DNA of 64,000 nt from Verrucomicrobiales bacterium (lineage in GTDB: Bacteria > Verrucomicrobiota > Verrucomicrobiia > Limisphaerales > UBA9464), in the NCBI GenBank assembly GCA_027490985.1, contig JAIXXC010000153.1:20592-84591 (forward strand), in the 5' to 3' direction. How positions within the stretch are numbered: the stretch's first letter is position 1; each line of letters begins with the position of its first letter. The position numbers were made by a program, and so were the translations under genes. Below the pieces are notes generated by a model that was not told the origin of the DNA, made no database searches, and saw only the letters and a program-made list of their open reading frames with translations. This document shows, in pieces, positions 30,846 to 39,487 of this stretch.

Positions 30846-31682
30846 TCAGTTGAGGGGCTTCCAGTTCACGTAGCGGTAGCGGTCCCAGACCCAGCGGAAG
30901 TCGGGATTCCTCGAAGTGCCGCCGGCCCAGTAGAAGCTGTCCTTTCCGGCACCGGAATCCTTAGCCGCCTTGATGGTCGCGCCGTCCACCCATTTGTGGC
31001 TTTCCGAGTGCCCGTCTTGGAATCCGAAGGTGCTGACCTGGCCGTGGAAGATGGTGAACGGGTCCACCCAGCCCGGCGGCGCCGTGTTGATGACCCAAGT
31101 ACCCATGTTGTACCCGCGCGAATCGGCCTCCTCGACAAAGACCATGCTCTCGGAGGGATTGGTGACCTCGGATTCCTTTTTGTAGGGAATGGAGGCATCC
31201 CATTGCCCGCCGTTCATGCCATTGGCCTTGGAATAGCTGTCGAAGGCCCATCCCTTGCCCGGGGCGAGCTTCATGCGCGAGTCGCCCGGGCAGTGATAGA
31301 CTTGATAGCCCGGGCAGTACTGTTGGAGCGGCGCGTTGCTCATGCCGTTGTACACCCGTCGAAGGGCCTCGGCCTGAGAGATGCCCACGGCAAGGCCCGG
31401 CATGGGACTGCGCCAATAGCCACCACCCACCAGATCCACGATCGCATTGTTGATGCGGACTTGGAGCGGCATGAGATCGGACTGGTTGTCGTTGGAGTAC
31501 AGAATCCAACCGAGCACGAGCTGCTTCTGATTGCTCACGCAGTTGGCGCCGGTGGCCTTCATGCGGGCACGACCCAAAGCCGGCAAGAGCATCCCGGCCA
31601 AAATGGCGATGATCGCGATCACCACCAGGAGTTCGATCAGAGTGAAACCGGCACGAGGGTGCCGTTGGGAAGTCGTCTTCAT
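30846..31682 (-). CDS. Prepilin-type N-terminal cleavage/methylation-domain protein (pseudopilin-like, DUF1559-type)
   Basis: Trimmed to [36 protein letters not shown], the class-III signal (G/FTLIE). Confidence 0.85.
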   Translation of the reverse strand: MKTTSQRHPRAGFTLIELLVVIAIIAILAGMLLPALGRARMKATGANCVSNQKQLVLGWILYSNDNQSDLMPLQVRINNAIVDLVGGGYWRSPMPGLAVGISQAEALRRVYNGMSNAPLQQYCPGYQVYHCPGDSRMKLAPGKGWAFDSYSKANGMNGGQWDASIPYKKESEVTNPSESMVFVEEADSRGYNMGTWVINTAPPGWVDPFTIFHGQVSTFGFQDGHSESHKWVDGATIKAAKDSGAGKDSFYWAGGTSRNPDFRWVWDRYRYVNWKPLN

Positions 31683-31915
31683 GGGGATTGTCCAAAGACA
31701 ATCACCCGCTCCGGTTTCGGCAAGCCAAAAGCGGAACGATCCAGTTGGTAAAAAGTGACGGCGCAAGGGATTCGTTCAGGACATGAGGCCTTGGCGACGA
31801 GGGGCCGTGCTGAGGCTTATGACGAGCGAACAACGACGCTCTTGAAAACGACCTCGCCCGCACGACTGACCCAATTGAATCGCTCCGGCTATTGCGTTTA
31901 TGGACCGATTCCAAT

Positions 31916-31939
31916 CGCCGCACCGCCGCACCGCCGCAC
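31916..31939. repeat. 8-bp tandem repeat CGCCGCAC x3
   Basis: Read directly in the intergenic region between the pseudopilin gene and the next minus-strand gene. Confidence 0.6.
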
Positions 31940-32079
31940 CGCAGCCCCCGATGCCCTCGAAGCGAAAAGGCGGCGGCAAGGTGTCCAATCTCAGGCGCCG
32001 CGCCAGTCATCGGCATCAACGACCTGACCTGGCCTGGCCGGTAGATAGACCACGGTGAAGTTCCAGGCTCCCGCTCGAA

Positions 32080-33183
32080 TCAGGGGTTCCACAAATACGG
32101 AATTGGGTAGACCTCCAAGGCCTGCTCGACACCGCCCGGCCCCAGCACTTTCTCCAGACGTTCACGGATTTCCCGAGCATAGGGGTCGCCGGGAGGCAAC
32201 CGGTCACCTTGGCGCATGGTCCGAGTTTCAGCCTCAGTGATCACCGTCATCGAGGCCTCCAGCGCCTCGGGTGGCAGCTTCAACTGCTCCACCACCCGGG
32301 CCATCTTGCGGTACGCGGGTTGCTCGGTGCGCAAGTAGGCCTTGAAGCGATCGGGACCCAACGCCGACTTCAACCCCACGCCCAAGGAATGGATCCCGGA
32401 GACGAGGGCGATGTCGTCCTGACGACTCTCATCGGTGAGGGTCGGCAGTGCCACCGGTCCGCCGGAGCCTTTGGCGGTGAAGATCGCGCGGAACTCCTTC
32501 TCGTTCGGCTGAAAATAACGCATCTCGTGGGCCAGCGATCGGGAGCGGATGGAATGGCGCAGCTCGAATTCCGCCAACTCTTCCTTGGGAACCTCCCGGG
32601 CCGCGGCTTCAAAGAACTCGCGCTCGGCGGCCTCGATCGCCAACTCCCATTCCCGCGGCCGGGCCGAATCGAACGGGATCGACTGGTGCAACACCTGCAG
32701 TCGCTCGTCCAAGGCCGAAAGCAGCCCGCCTGCGGACACCGATTCCTCTTTCCAGCCGATCTCCGCCAGCAAGGCGGTGGTGATTTGCTGGCGCTCCCGT
32801 TCGAGGGCTTCGGGAGCCAGATACCCCGGGTCCGACGGCCGGAGCGCCTTGCGGGCGTCGAAGCTGGCATTGATGTCGGCCAGCAGGATATTGCGGATAG
32901 TCCCGGGCGGGCACCCGACCTCGCGGAGGTTCCGGAGATAGGTCGGGTAGTTCGTGGAATGGATGCGGGCCCAGTCCAAGCCCACAGCAGCCGGTCCTTG
33001 CGACGACACGGCCGCCTCACGGGGAAAGGCGAGCCGGGTAGCCACCAATTGATCGATGGCCGTCAGCGGGCGGGACCTCTCGAGGGCCTGTCGGGTCAGC
33101 GGGCCGAGGCGAAAGCCGATCAGGATGAAGACCAGGGCCCAAACGACCCCGCCTGCCGAAAAAGGAATGGAGGAAGTTCTCAC
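32080..33183 (-). CDS. Hypothetical membrane-anchored protein (paralog 1 of a tandem pair)
   Basis: 367 aa with one N-terminal TM helix (GGVVWALVFILIGF). It shares blocks with the next gene: W..I.S..Y..YL.NLR.VGCP..TI..I, F.P...EFRAIF.A, LPPE, L...LGP. Confidence 0.65.
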   Translation of the reverse strand: MRTSSIPFSAGGVVWALVFILIGFRLGPLTRQALERSRPLTAIDQLVATRLAFPREAAVSSQGPAAVGLDWARIHSTNYPTYLRNLREVGCPPGTIRNILLADINASFDARKALRPSDPGYLAPEALERERQQITTALLAEIGWKEESVSAGGLLSALDERLQVLHQSIPFDSARPREWELAIEAAEREFFEAAAREVPKEELAEFELRHSIRSRSLAHEMRYFQPNEKEFRAIFTAKGSGGPVALPTLTDESRQDDIALVSGIHSLGVGLKSALGPDRFKAYLRTEQPAYRKMARVVEQLKLPPEALEASMTVITEAETRTMRQGDRLPPGDPYAREIRERLEKVLGPGGVEQALEVYPIPYLWNP

Positions 33184-33225
33184 GGTTCAGGGGATTCTCT
33201 GGGGATGTCTGGGGTTCGTGGCCTT

Positions 33226-34320
33226 TCAGCGTCGACCGAACAGGCCGCTGGGCATCAGCCAACTGTACCGCTCCACGTACGCTGGGTAGCTCGGCCCGAG
33301 GATGGTCTTCAGCCGGGCTTGGATATCGGCGATATAGCGGGTGTCGTAACCGCCCGACATCGAGTAGACGCGCGAGGGATCCCGCGACACCTCGCGTTGC
33401 AGCTTGAAGTAGGCGGCGATGGATTCCGGGGGCAGCGAGAACTCCTCAACCAACGACACGATGCCCGAATAACCGGTTTCCCGGGTCAGGCGGTATTCCT
33501 CATAACGGATGGGCCCCAAGGCCTCCGACAGCGGAATCGGTCGGGAGTCCGGACCCGGCACCCGGGGATCGAGACCTGCCGATTTTGGTTGATCCACCGC
33601 GGCGAAGATCGCCCGGAACTCCGCGTCGGTGGGGGTAAATCGGCGCAATTGCTCCCGAAGTTGCCGCGCGATGGTGGAATGCTTCCGGCGGTATTCCAAA
33701 ATTCCCTCGGCATCGAGGTGCTTGGAGAGGGCCTCCAGGGTTTCCTTTTCCAGGTCCTCGGTCAGATCCCGGGCCTGGGAACCGTCGCGGCTATCGCGCA
33801 CGAGATGCCGGGCCAGAATGGCGTGGGTTTCCAAGATGCCCTCGACGCTGTCGGTTGGTTGAAATCGCGCGAGATCCCGGCCCTCGACATGGGCGAAGAG
33901 GAAAGCGATCAGCTCGGCTTTCTTGAGCACCACGTCCCGTCGGGCCCGCACCGAGTGGGACCAATAGGGCCCGCTGGCCGCAGCGAGTTGGGGTCGGTAG
34001 AGGTCCTCGACGTCGCCCTCGATGATGTCCTTGAGGGTCCGCACTGGGCAGCCGATGCGCTTCAGTTCGGTGAGGTACTTGAGGTAGCCGTCATCGTCGA
34101 GCGAGGCCCAGCGGATGGAGGCGGGAGCGCTGGAGGGTGCCGAGGCTCCCGACTGCGACCGAAACGCGTTAATCCGGCCGTCCAATTGCCGAAGTCCCGC
34201 CGCCGGCGATCCCGCCTCATCCGAGCGCGACACCGGCCGGTTCAGCCACATCCCCAAGACGCCCCCAATCAAGAGCGAGGCCAGGGCGATCGTTATGGGA
34301 CGTATTAGGGAGGGTTTCAT
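33226..34320 (-). CDS. Hypothetical membrane-anchored protein (paralog 2 of a tandem pair)
   Basis: 364 aa with an N-terminal TM helix (ITIALASLLIGGVLGMW). It has the same conserved blocks (YLKYLTELKRIGCPVRTLKDII, FTPTDAEFRAIFAA, LPPESIAAY, RLKTILGP). Confidence 0.65.
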   Translation of the reverse strand: MKPSLIRPITIALASLLIGGVLGMWLNRPVSRSDEAGSPAAGLRQLDGRINAFRSQSGASAPSSAPASIRWASLDDDGYLKYLTELKRIGCPVRTLKDIIEGDVEDLYRPQLAAASGPYWSHSVRARRDVVLKKAELIAFLFAHVEGRDLARFQPTDSVEGILETHAILARHLVRDSRDGSQARDLTEDLEKETLEALSKHLDAEGILEYRRKHSTIARQLREQLRRFTPTDAEFRAIFAAVDQPKSAGLDPRVPGPDSRPIPLSEALGPIRYEEYRLTRETGYSGIVSLVEEFSLPPESIAAYFKLQREVSRDPSRVYSMSGGYDTRYIADIQARLKTILGPSYPAYVERYSWLMPSGLFGRR

Positions 34321-34556
34321 TTTAGGCTAGTACGGCCGGAGTCCAACGATGATCTGATAGTGGATGATACTTCATCGAATTCGCTGAGTCGCCATGGAAG
34401 ACCGTGGGGGCCGGTTTGTGTAAAGACTAAGGGCCACCTTGGTTTCCCACGCAGCCAGCGTGACACGGCAGGCGAGGGTGGCCGACTAATGGCGTGCAGG
34501 CCAGAGGCGCGCTAGATCCTTTCACACTATTTAGCGAGACACCGTCGGTCGCGGCA

Positions 34557-34901
34557 TCACATAAAAGAAGCGCCGCCTTTGATTTGCTTGTAAACAGCTA
34601 GCCTCAAATCAGGATCATCTGATCGGTCGAATTCTCGAACCAATCGACGGAGAGGCAAAGGAAGCTCCATATTCCACTTGAAGCACGCTCTAGCCAATTC
34701 GTGTTGTAGCTGTCCCAAGAGGTCGAGATGGGAACTAGCGGCCTCTATGTTTCGGCTACCGCGAATTTCGACTAGAAGTTGATTGAACTTGAGTTTGAGT
34801 GCCGCTGCTTCATCAGAGGTAAGTTTCTGACCCACGTGTTCCAACGTCACTATTCCAGCAATGAGATCGTTCATGGTTATTTGATTGGCTGTAGATGCCA
34901 C
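34557..34901 (-). CDS. Hypothetical small protein (114 aa), islet gene 3
   Basis: An ORF inside the low-GC islet with a balanced, apparently helical composition and no recognisable motif. Confidence 0.5.
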   Translation of the reverse strand: MASTANQITMNDLIAGIVTLEHVGQKLTSDEAAALKLKFNQLLVEIRGSRNIEAASSHLDLLGQLQHELARACFKWNMELPLPLRRLVREFDRSDDPDLRLAVYKQIKGGASFM

Positions 34902-34998
34902 ACCTCTGGTTCCCCGCTTCCATAAACCAATTTCCAGGCCTATTAGCTAAACAACAGCATTAGCAATGTCAATGCATTTCACGAATCAAAATTCATTG

Positions 34999-35346
34999 TC
35001 AAAGCCGATAATAATCAAAAATCTCCTGTTGTTTGTTTTTTGCATAATCGCCAAATTTTGAGAAATGACTTACGATAGCCATCTTTTGTTCAAGGAGACG
35101 GGCAGGAATCTCAGTTGTATCACTTCGCCTTGCCAACGCGATGAGCGTCTGCGCCACCTCGATGGCGTTGGATTCATCAGACTGACCCAACAATACATCA
35201 ACCGTTGCCCCAATTGCTTCGAACGCCTCCACAGTAGACATACGATTTACAAAGCGTTCCCGAAACTTCACAAAGACCAATTCATCTTCAATCGGATCCT
35301 TGCTCCATTCGCCAATCGCATGCAAAAGCTGATCGTTAAAAGTCAT
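34999..35346 (-). CDS. Hypothetical small acidic protein (115 aa), islet gene 2; candidate immunity or antitoxin partner
   Basis: Its ATG (35346-35344) overlaps the TGA stop (35345-35343) of the upstream 392-aa ORF as ATGA. The composition looks more protein-like than the antisense + ORF 35065..35400. Confidence 0.6.
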   Translation of the reverse strand: MTFNDQLLHAIGEWSKDPIEDELVFVKFRERFVNRMSTVEAFEAIGATVDVLLGQSDESNAIEVAQTLIALARRSDTTEIPARLLEQKMAIVSHFSKFGDYAKNKQQEIFDYYRL

Positions 35347-36521
35347 GGTTTCACAAATTTGAAGTCGACCATCTGCTTAGTCGAGATATTTTCGACGTAA
35401 TGAATTTCAACGTCGTTGACGATTTGAGCGCGTTTCACCCAGCCGTCCGCAGCTAACAGATTGTTTTTCGTGTCAGACATCGGCGGCATTCGCGGAGGTG
35501 TTGTTCCCATCGGATTAGCCATTACCTGTTCCATAGCCAACTTTTCCTTGAGACTGTTGGGGACTGTCCGCCCAGTGCTTATTTTCTTTGCAACCAATCC
35601 TGCAACATCATCCACCTTCCCTGCCATCCTCGCCTTCCCCGCTCCCTTGACCACCCATCCGCCGGTCACATTAGAAGCCAAATGGAAAAGAAAGGCACCT
35701 TCTTTTCGGTAGGCGTCTTCGGGGTTGATCAGGCCGAGACGGCTCTCCCAGTAGGTATTGGCCGTGTCGTCCACCTGGCGCTGGATGGCCGCCATGGTCT
35801 GATCCCAATGGACGATGGCTTGACCCATATTCTGGGCTAAACCCACGGCCTCCATCGGATCGAAGACCATGCTACCCAACTCGATAATCCCTTGCACCTC
35901 TTCAGAGGCGGCCCCTGCGGCTCCTTCTAAGCGAAGCAGCATGGCACCCATCACGTCGTCGGGCCTCCTGGATTCTTCGTTCTTCAGCGAGAAGACCGTC
36001 GCCTTGGGAACGAATTGGATCTCCAGTCGGTGGCTTGAGGACAGGTTTTCAAAGGGTCGTCCTACCGCGCCCGGTGAAGGCATACCGATATCTTCCGATT
36101 GGAACTCGTACTCGAACAGCTTATCGACGGCACCCGCCTTGTAATACCACAGACTGTACCCTCCCCCGCTGCCATCGCGGCGGTAGTACTTCACCGATCG
36201 ACGCTCCACCAAGACGTCACGACCATCCTTCGCCGATGGATTGGAGTAACGGGCCACTATGTTGGGGTCGGTGTACAAGGAACAGATCCCCATCCTGGCG
36301 AACGTGCTATTCGGTCCGTAGTAGGTCATCCGAATGAACCCCAAGATCCCTCCGTCCACCGGAAGGGAAAGGCCCACACACAAATTCCGGGGATGGAGCG
36401 GTCGGGCAGGTTTCAAACAAGGGCCCGCGGTCGGACTCCAGGTCAACTGAGATTCAATGGCCATGGGCACCCGAGGTGTCGGGCTGTTGGAGCAAACTGC
36501 CGACGACCCACCCCGAACCAC
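35343..36521 (-). CDS. Hypothetical protein (up to 392 aa), islet gene 1; the C-terminal ~80 aa look like a polymorphic-toxin-type module
   Basis: This is the longest ORF in the islet. The start is uncertain: GTG at 36521, ATG at 36464 or ATG at 36329. There is no signal peptide and no Rhs/YD, PAAR, LXG or VENN motif. The C-terminus reads GRTVPNSLKEKLAMEQVMANPMG...DGWVKRAQIVNDVEIHYVENISTKQMVDFKFVKP. Confidence 0.6.
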   Translation of the reverse strand: MVRGGSSAVCSNSPTPRVPMAIESQLTWSPTAGPCLKPARPLHPRNLCVGLSLPVDGGILGFIRMTYYGPNSTFARMGICSLYTDPNIVARYSNPSAKDGRDVLVERRSVKYYRRDGSGGGYSLWYYKAGAVDKLFEYEFQSEDIGMPSPGAVGRPFENLSSSHRLEIQFVPKATVFSLKNEESRRPDDVMGAMLLRLEGAAGAASEEVQGIIELGSMVFDPMEAVGLAQNMGQAIVHWDQTMAAIQRQVDDTANTYWESRLGLINPEDAYRKEGAFLFHLASNVTGGWVVKGAGKARMAGKVDDVAGLVAKKISTGRTVPNSLKEKLAMEQVMANPMGTTPPRMPPMSDTKNNLLAADGWVKRAQIVNDVEIHYVENISTKQMVDFKFVKP

Positions 36522-36586
36522 TGGGCTGGGAACTGAGGATTACCGCCGGTCAGGCGACCGCGATGCACCGACTCGGTGCAGCCGAT

Positions 36587-37750
36587 TCAAAGCGCCTGGC
36601 GATACAGGCGTTCGAAGTCGGGGGCGGTGATGGGGCGGGGGTTGAAGGTGGCTGTCCACTGCCGCGAGGCCTCCTCGGCCAGGAGCGGGATCCGGGCCGG
36701 ATCCACGCCGGCGGCCGTGAGCGTTTCGGGGATCTCCGCCAATTGCAGCCAGCCCTGAAACCGGTCGGCCAGCACCGAAGCCGCGGCCTCGGGCGAGATG
36801 TCGGGGCCGGTCCATCCGGCGGTGGCCGCGAGGTCGGCATAGATACCTCGGACCTCCGGGTCGGCCGCGTTGAAGCGGATCACCTGCGGGATCATCAGCC
36901 CGACGGCCGCGCCATGAACGATGCCGAAATGCGCGGTGAGCGGATTGGCCGCCGAGTGGGCCGCGCCCAACATGGAGTTTTCGATGGCCGTGCCGGCCAT
37001 CGCCGCCCCCAGCAGCATGCGGCCGCGGGCCTCGAGGTCGTCGGGCGAACGCAGCACGGTTTCCAAGGCCCCGGCGCACAGTCGGAACGCCTCCCGCGAG
37101 AACATCGACGACCACACCGTGCGGCGCGTGGTGACGGCCGACTCCACGGCATGGACCAGCGCATCGAGACCGGTCAGGGCGGTGACGCGGCGCGGCTGCG
37201 ACACCGTCAATTCGGGGTCGAGCAGGGCGATGCGCGCGGCGGCCTTCGGATCCAGACAGGCCATCTTGTGATGGGTGACCTCGTCGGCGATGAGCGCCGC
37301 GCTCTGGCATTCGCTGCCGGTGCCGGCCGTGGTGGGGATGGCGATGAGCGGCAGCATGGGCCGGGTGGCCTTGCCGACCCCTTGATAATCGCGCATCTCG
37401 CCGCCTTGGGTGAGCAGGAAATTCACGCCCTTGGCCGTGTCGATCGAGCTGCCGCCGCCGAGGCCCACGAACAAATCCACCGAAGCGCCCCGGGCCGCCT
37501 CGAGACCCCGGGCCACATCGAGGGTCGTCGGATTTTCGCGCACCGCGTCGAAGACGCTCACTGCGAGACCGGCCGCCTGCAACCGGCTCACGGCCCGGGC
37601 CGCATGACCCGCACGCACGATGCCCGCATCGGTGACCAACAGCACCCGATGTCCGCCCAGACCGGCGGCCAGTTCGCCCACCCGATCGAGGCTGCCGGCT
37701 CCGAACACCACACGGGTGCGCAAGGTGCTGTCGAAGGAGGGAAGCGTCAT
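36587..37750 (-). CDS. Iron-containing (group III) alcohol dehydrogenase
   Basis: Trimmed to MTLPSFDSTLRTRVVFGAGSLDRVGE. Motifs: GLGGGSSIDTAKG, IPTTAGTGSE, and His-rich metal site blocks (HAVES..., AAHSAANPL). Confidence 0.85.
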   Translation of the reverse strand: MTLPSFDSTLRTRVVFGAGSLDRVGELAAGLGGHRVLLVTDAGIVRAGHAARAVSRLQAAGLAVSVFDAVRENPTTLDVARGLEAARGASVDLFVGLGGGSSIDTAKGVNFLLTQGGEMRDYQGVGKATRPMLPLIAIPTTAGTGSECQSAALIADEVTHHKMACLDPKAAARIALLDPELTVSQPRRVTALTGLDALVHAVESAVTTRRTVWSSMFSREAFRLCAGALETVLRSPDDLEARGRMLLGAAMAGTAIENSMLGAAHSAANPLTAHFGIVHGAAVGLMIPQVIRFNAADPEVRGIYADLAATAGWTGPDISPEAAASVLADRFQGWLQLAEIPETLTAAGVDPARIPLLAEEASRQWTATFNPRPITAPDFERLYRQAL

Positions 37751-37848
37751 GCGTGAGCGGAAGACTCGGTCAGCGGGCGATATCTTCAAGCCGGGCATTC
37801 AAGAAATGGATTGAACGCAACGGCACTTCCGCGGTCCCTAAGGGCGTG

Positions 37849-38202
37849 ATGACTTCGCGCGCTTTCGTCTCCGGCACCGCCGGATTGCTGCTCGCCCTCG
37901 GCGGTCTGGGCTGCATCTCCCATCAGGAAACCATCCGCCACGATGAGGAGCGCCTGCCGATCTCCTTCGAGACCGATGCGGCGGCCCGGACGTTCTATGA
38001 GGCCGTCGAGAAGATCCGCACCTCATCGACCCCGACAGAGAGCAAGACCGAGTTCCACATCCCGGTGATCCTGTCGCACAAGATCACCACCGTGAACGGA
38101 CCCCATCAGGTCTTCAACGAAGCGGTGCGCCGCGCCGACACCGACCGCGACGGCAAGATCACCGAGAAGGAAGCCCGCATCTTCGCCGACAACGCCCGGT
38201 GA
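37849..38202 (+). CDS. Small lipoprotein with a canonical EF-hand Ca-binding loop
   Basis: Trimmed to MTSRAFVSGTAGLLLALGGLGC (lipobox-like). DTDRDGKITEKE matches DxDxDGxIxxxE exactly. Confidence 0.6.
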   Translation: MTSRAFVSGTAGLLLALGGLGCISHQETIRHDEERLPISFETDAAARTFYEAVEKIRTSSTPTESKTEFHIPVILSHKITTVNGPHQVFNEAVRRADTDRDGKITEKEARIFADNAR

Positions 38203-38333
38203 TCGCCCGCTCCCGGTCGCCCCAACCGCCGCTCGTGGAGATCGGAACCCGGGCCGTGGGGCTGAGGACTCGTGACCTGTACCCCGGGGCTTGGGGATTG
38301 CCCGCACCCCGTCGAACGCTCATCCTGAGCGCC

Positions 38334-39044
38334 ATGACGTTTCCCGTCCTGCTGGCGGCCGTGTCGCCCACCAACGGCACGGCTCTGCCGACCGCCGCTC
38401 CGGCCGAGGCCGCCGGTGGCGGCTTTGGGATCCTCTTCTGGCTGCTGACCCTCCTGGCGGGTGTGGCGCTGAGCGTCATCATCGAGCGCCTGCTGTACTA
38501 TCATCGGGTGCAGATCGATTCGGCCCAGTTCCTGGCCGGCGTGCGCAACGTGCTCAAGCGCGACAATGTCATCGAGGCCATTTCCATCTGCGACGCCACG
38601 CCCGGGCCCGTCTCGCGTCTGGTCAAGTCGGCCATCCTCAGCCGTGATGCGGGTCGCGAACGCATCCAGGAGGCGATCGAAGAGGTGGGCTGGGTGGAGG
38701 TGCCGCGCCTCGAGGCCAACCTGCCCCTGCTGGCCACCTTCGCCCAGATCGCGCCTCTCATCGGCCTGCTCGGCACACTGGTGGGCATCGGCGGCACGTT
38801 CCGGCGCCTCCAGACCGGCCCCGGATTCGCCGCACCGGCCGAACTTTTCGCCGGGGTGTGGCAGGCGCTGTACACCGCCGGCCTGGGCATCGCCATCGCC
38901 GCCGTGTGCTACGCGGCCTACAACTACCTCGTGGCCCGGGTCAACGCGGTGGTCCTCGACATGGAACGGGCTTCGGCCGAGGCCGTGAAGATGGTCACCC
39001 AGACCGCCGAGACGGCCGCCACCAAACCTTCCGGAACCCCATGA
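38334..39044 (+). CDS. exbB: MotA/TolQ/ExbB-family proton channel
   Basis: Trimmed to MTFPVLLAAV.... It has three TM segments and the conserved LATFAQIAPLIGLLGTLVGI block. Confidence 0.85.
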   Translation: MTFPVLLAAVSPTNGTALPTAAPAEAAGGGFGILFWLLTLLAGVALSVIIERLLYYHRVQIDSAQFLAGVRNVLKRDNVIEAISICDATPGPVSRLVKSAILSRDAGRERIQEAIEEVGWVEVPRLEANLPLLATFAQIAPLIGLLGTLVGIGGTFRRLQTGPGFAAPAELFAGVWQALYTAGLGIAIAAVCYAAYNYLVARVNAVVLDMERASAEAVKMVTQTAETAATKPSGTP

Positions 39045-39487
39045 AATTCACGCGGACCCTCAAGCCGCTGAAGGGGCAGTTCGAGTTGGCGCCCTACCTG
39101 TGCGTGGTGTTCGTGCTGCTCTTCTTCATGCTGTTCGGCGGCTACCTGGTGCTGCCGGTGGGGACGCGTCTGGAGTTGCCCGCGGGCGGCACCCGCATCG
39201 GAACCTGGACGGGCGATCCATTCCTCGTGGTGGCGGTCGACGCGGGCGAGCAGTGCTATTTCGAAAACCAGATCGTGCCCGATCTGGGCGTGCTCAAGGC
39301 CCGCCTGAGCGCCCGGGCCGGCGCACCGAAAGGGCCCCGCAAGCTCTACCTGCAGGCCGATCGCTCGGTGCGCTACGAGCGGCTTCAAGAACTCGCCGGC
39401 CTGGCCCGCGAGGCCGGACTGTCGGAGATCGTGCTCGGTGGCAGTGGCAGTGGCAGCAACGGCTCACCCACCCCGACGACTCCATGA
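39041..39487 (+). CDS. exbD: ExbD/TolR-family protein
   Basis: ATGA overlap with exbB. It has a single TM helix (LAPYLCVVFVLLFFMLF) followed by a periplasmic domain (LYLQADRSVRYERLQELAGLAREAG). Confidence 0.8.
   Translation: MKFTRTLKPLKGQFELAPYLCVVFVLLFFMLFGGYLVLPVGTRLELPAGGTRIGTWTGDPFLVVAVDAGEQCYFENQIVPDLGVLKARLSARAGAPKGPRKLYLQADRSVRYERLQELAGLAREAGLSEIVLGGSGSGSNGSPTPTTP

Larger units (their letters stand above)
34321..36586. other. Low-G+C islet (visibly AT-richer than both flanks) carrying three unassignable minus-strand ORFs
   Basis: The composition change is obvious by eye but was not computed. There are runs such as gatttgcttgtaaacagctagcctcaaatcagg and caaaattcattgtcaaagccgataataatcaaaaatctcc, whereas the flanks are strongly GC-rich. 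I saw no integrase, transposase or flanking direct repeat. Confidence 0.7.

Noticed and set aside
36565-36582. Hairpin TGCACC-GACTC-GGTGCA after the alcohol dehydrogenase stop as a terminator and islet boundary.
   Set aside because: The stem is only 6 bp and has no U-tract on the minus strand, so it was not called.
34321-36586. Flanking direct repeats (att sites), an integrase or IS ends that would define the low-GC islet as a mobile element.
   Set aside because: I scanned both junctions by eye and found no shared repeat of 10 nt or more and no recombinase gene. The islet is therefore not called a mobile element, only a compositional islet.
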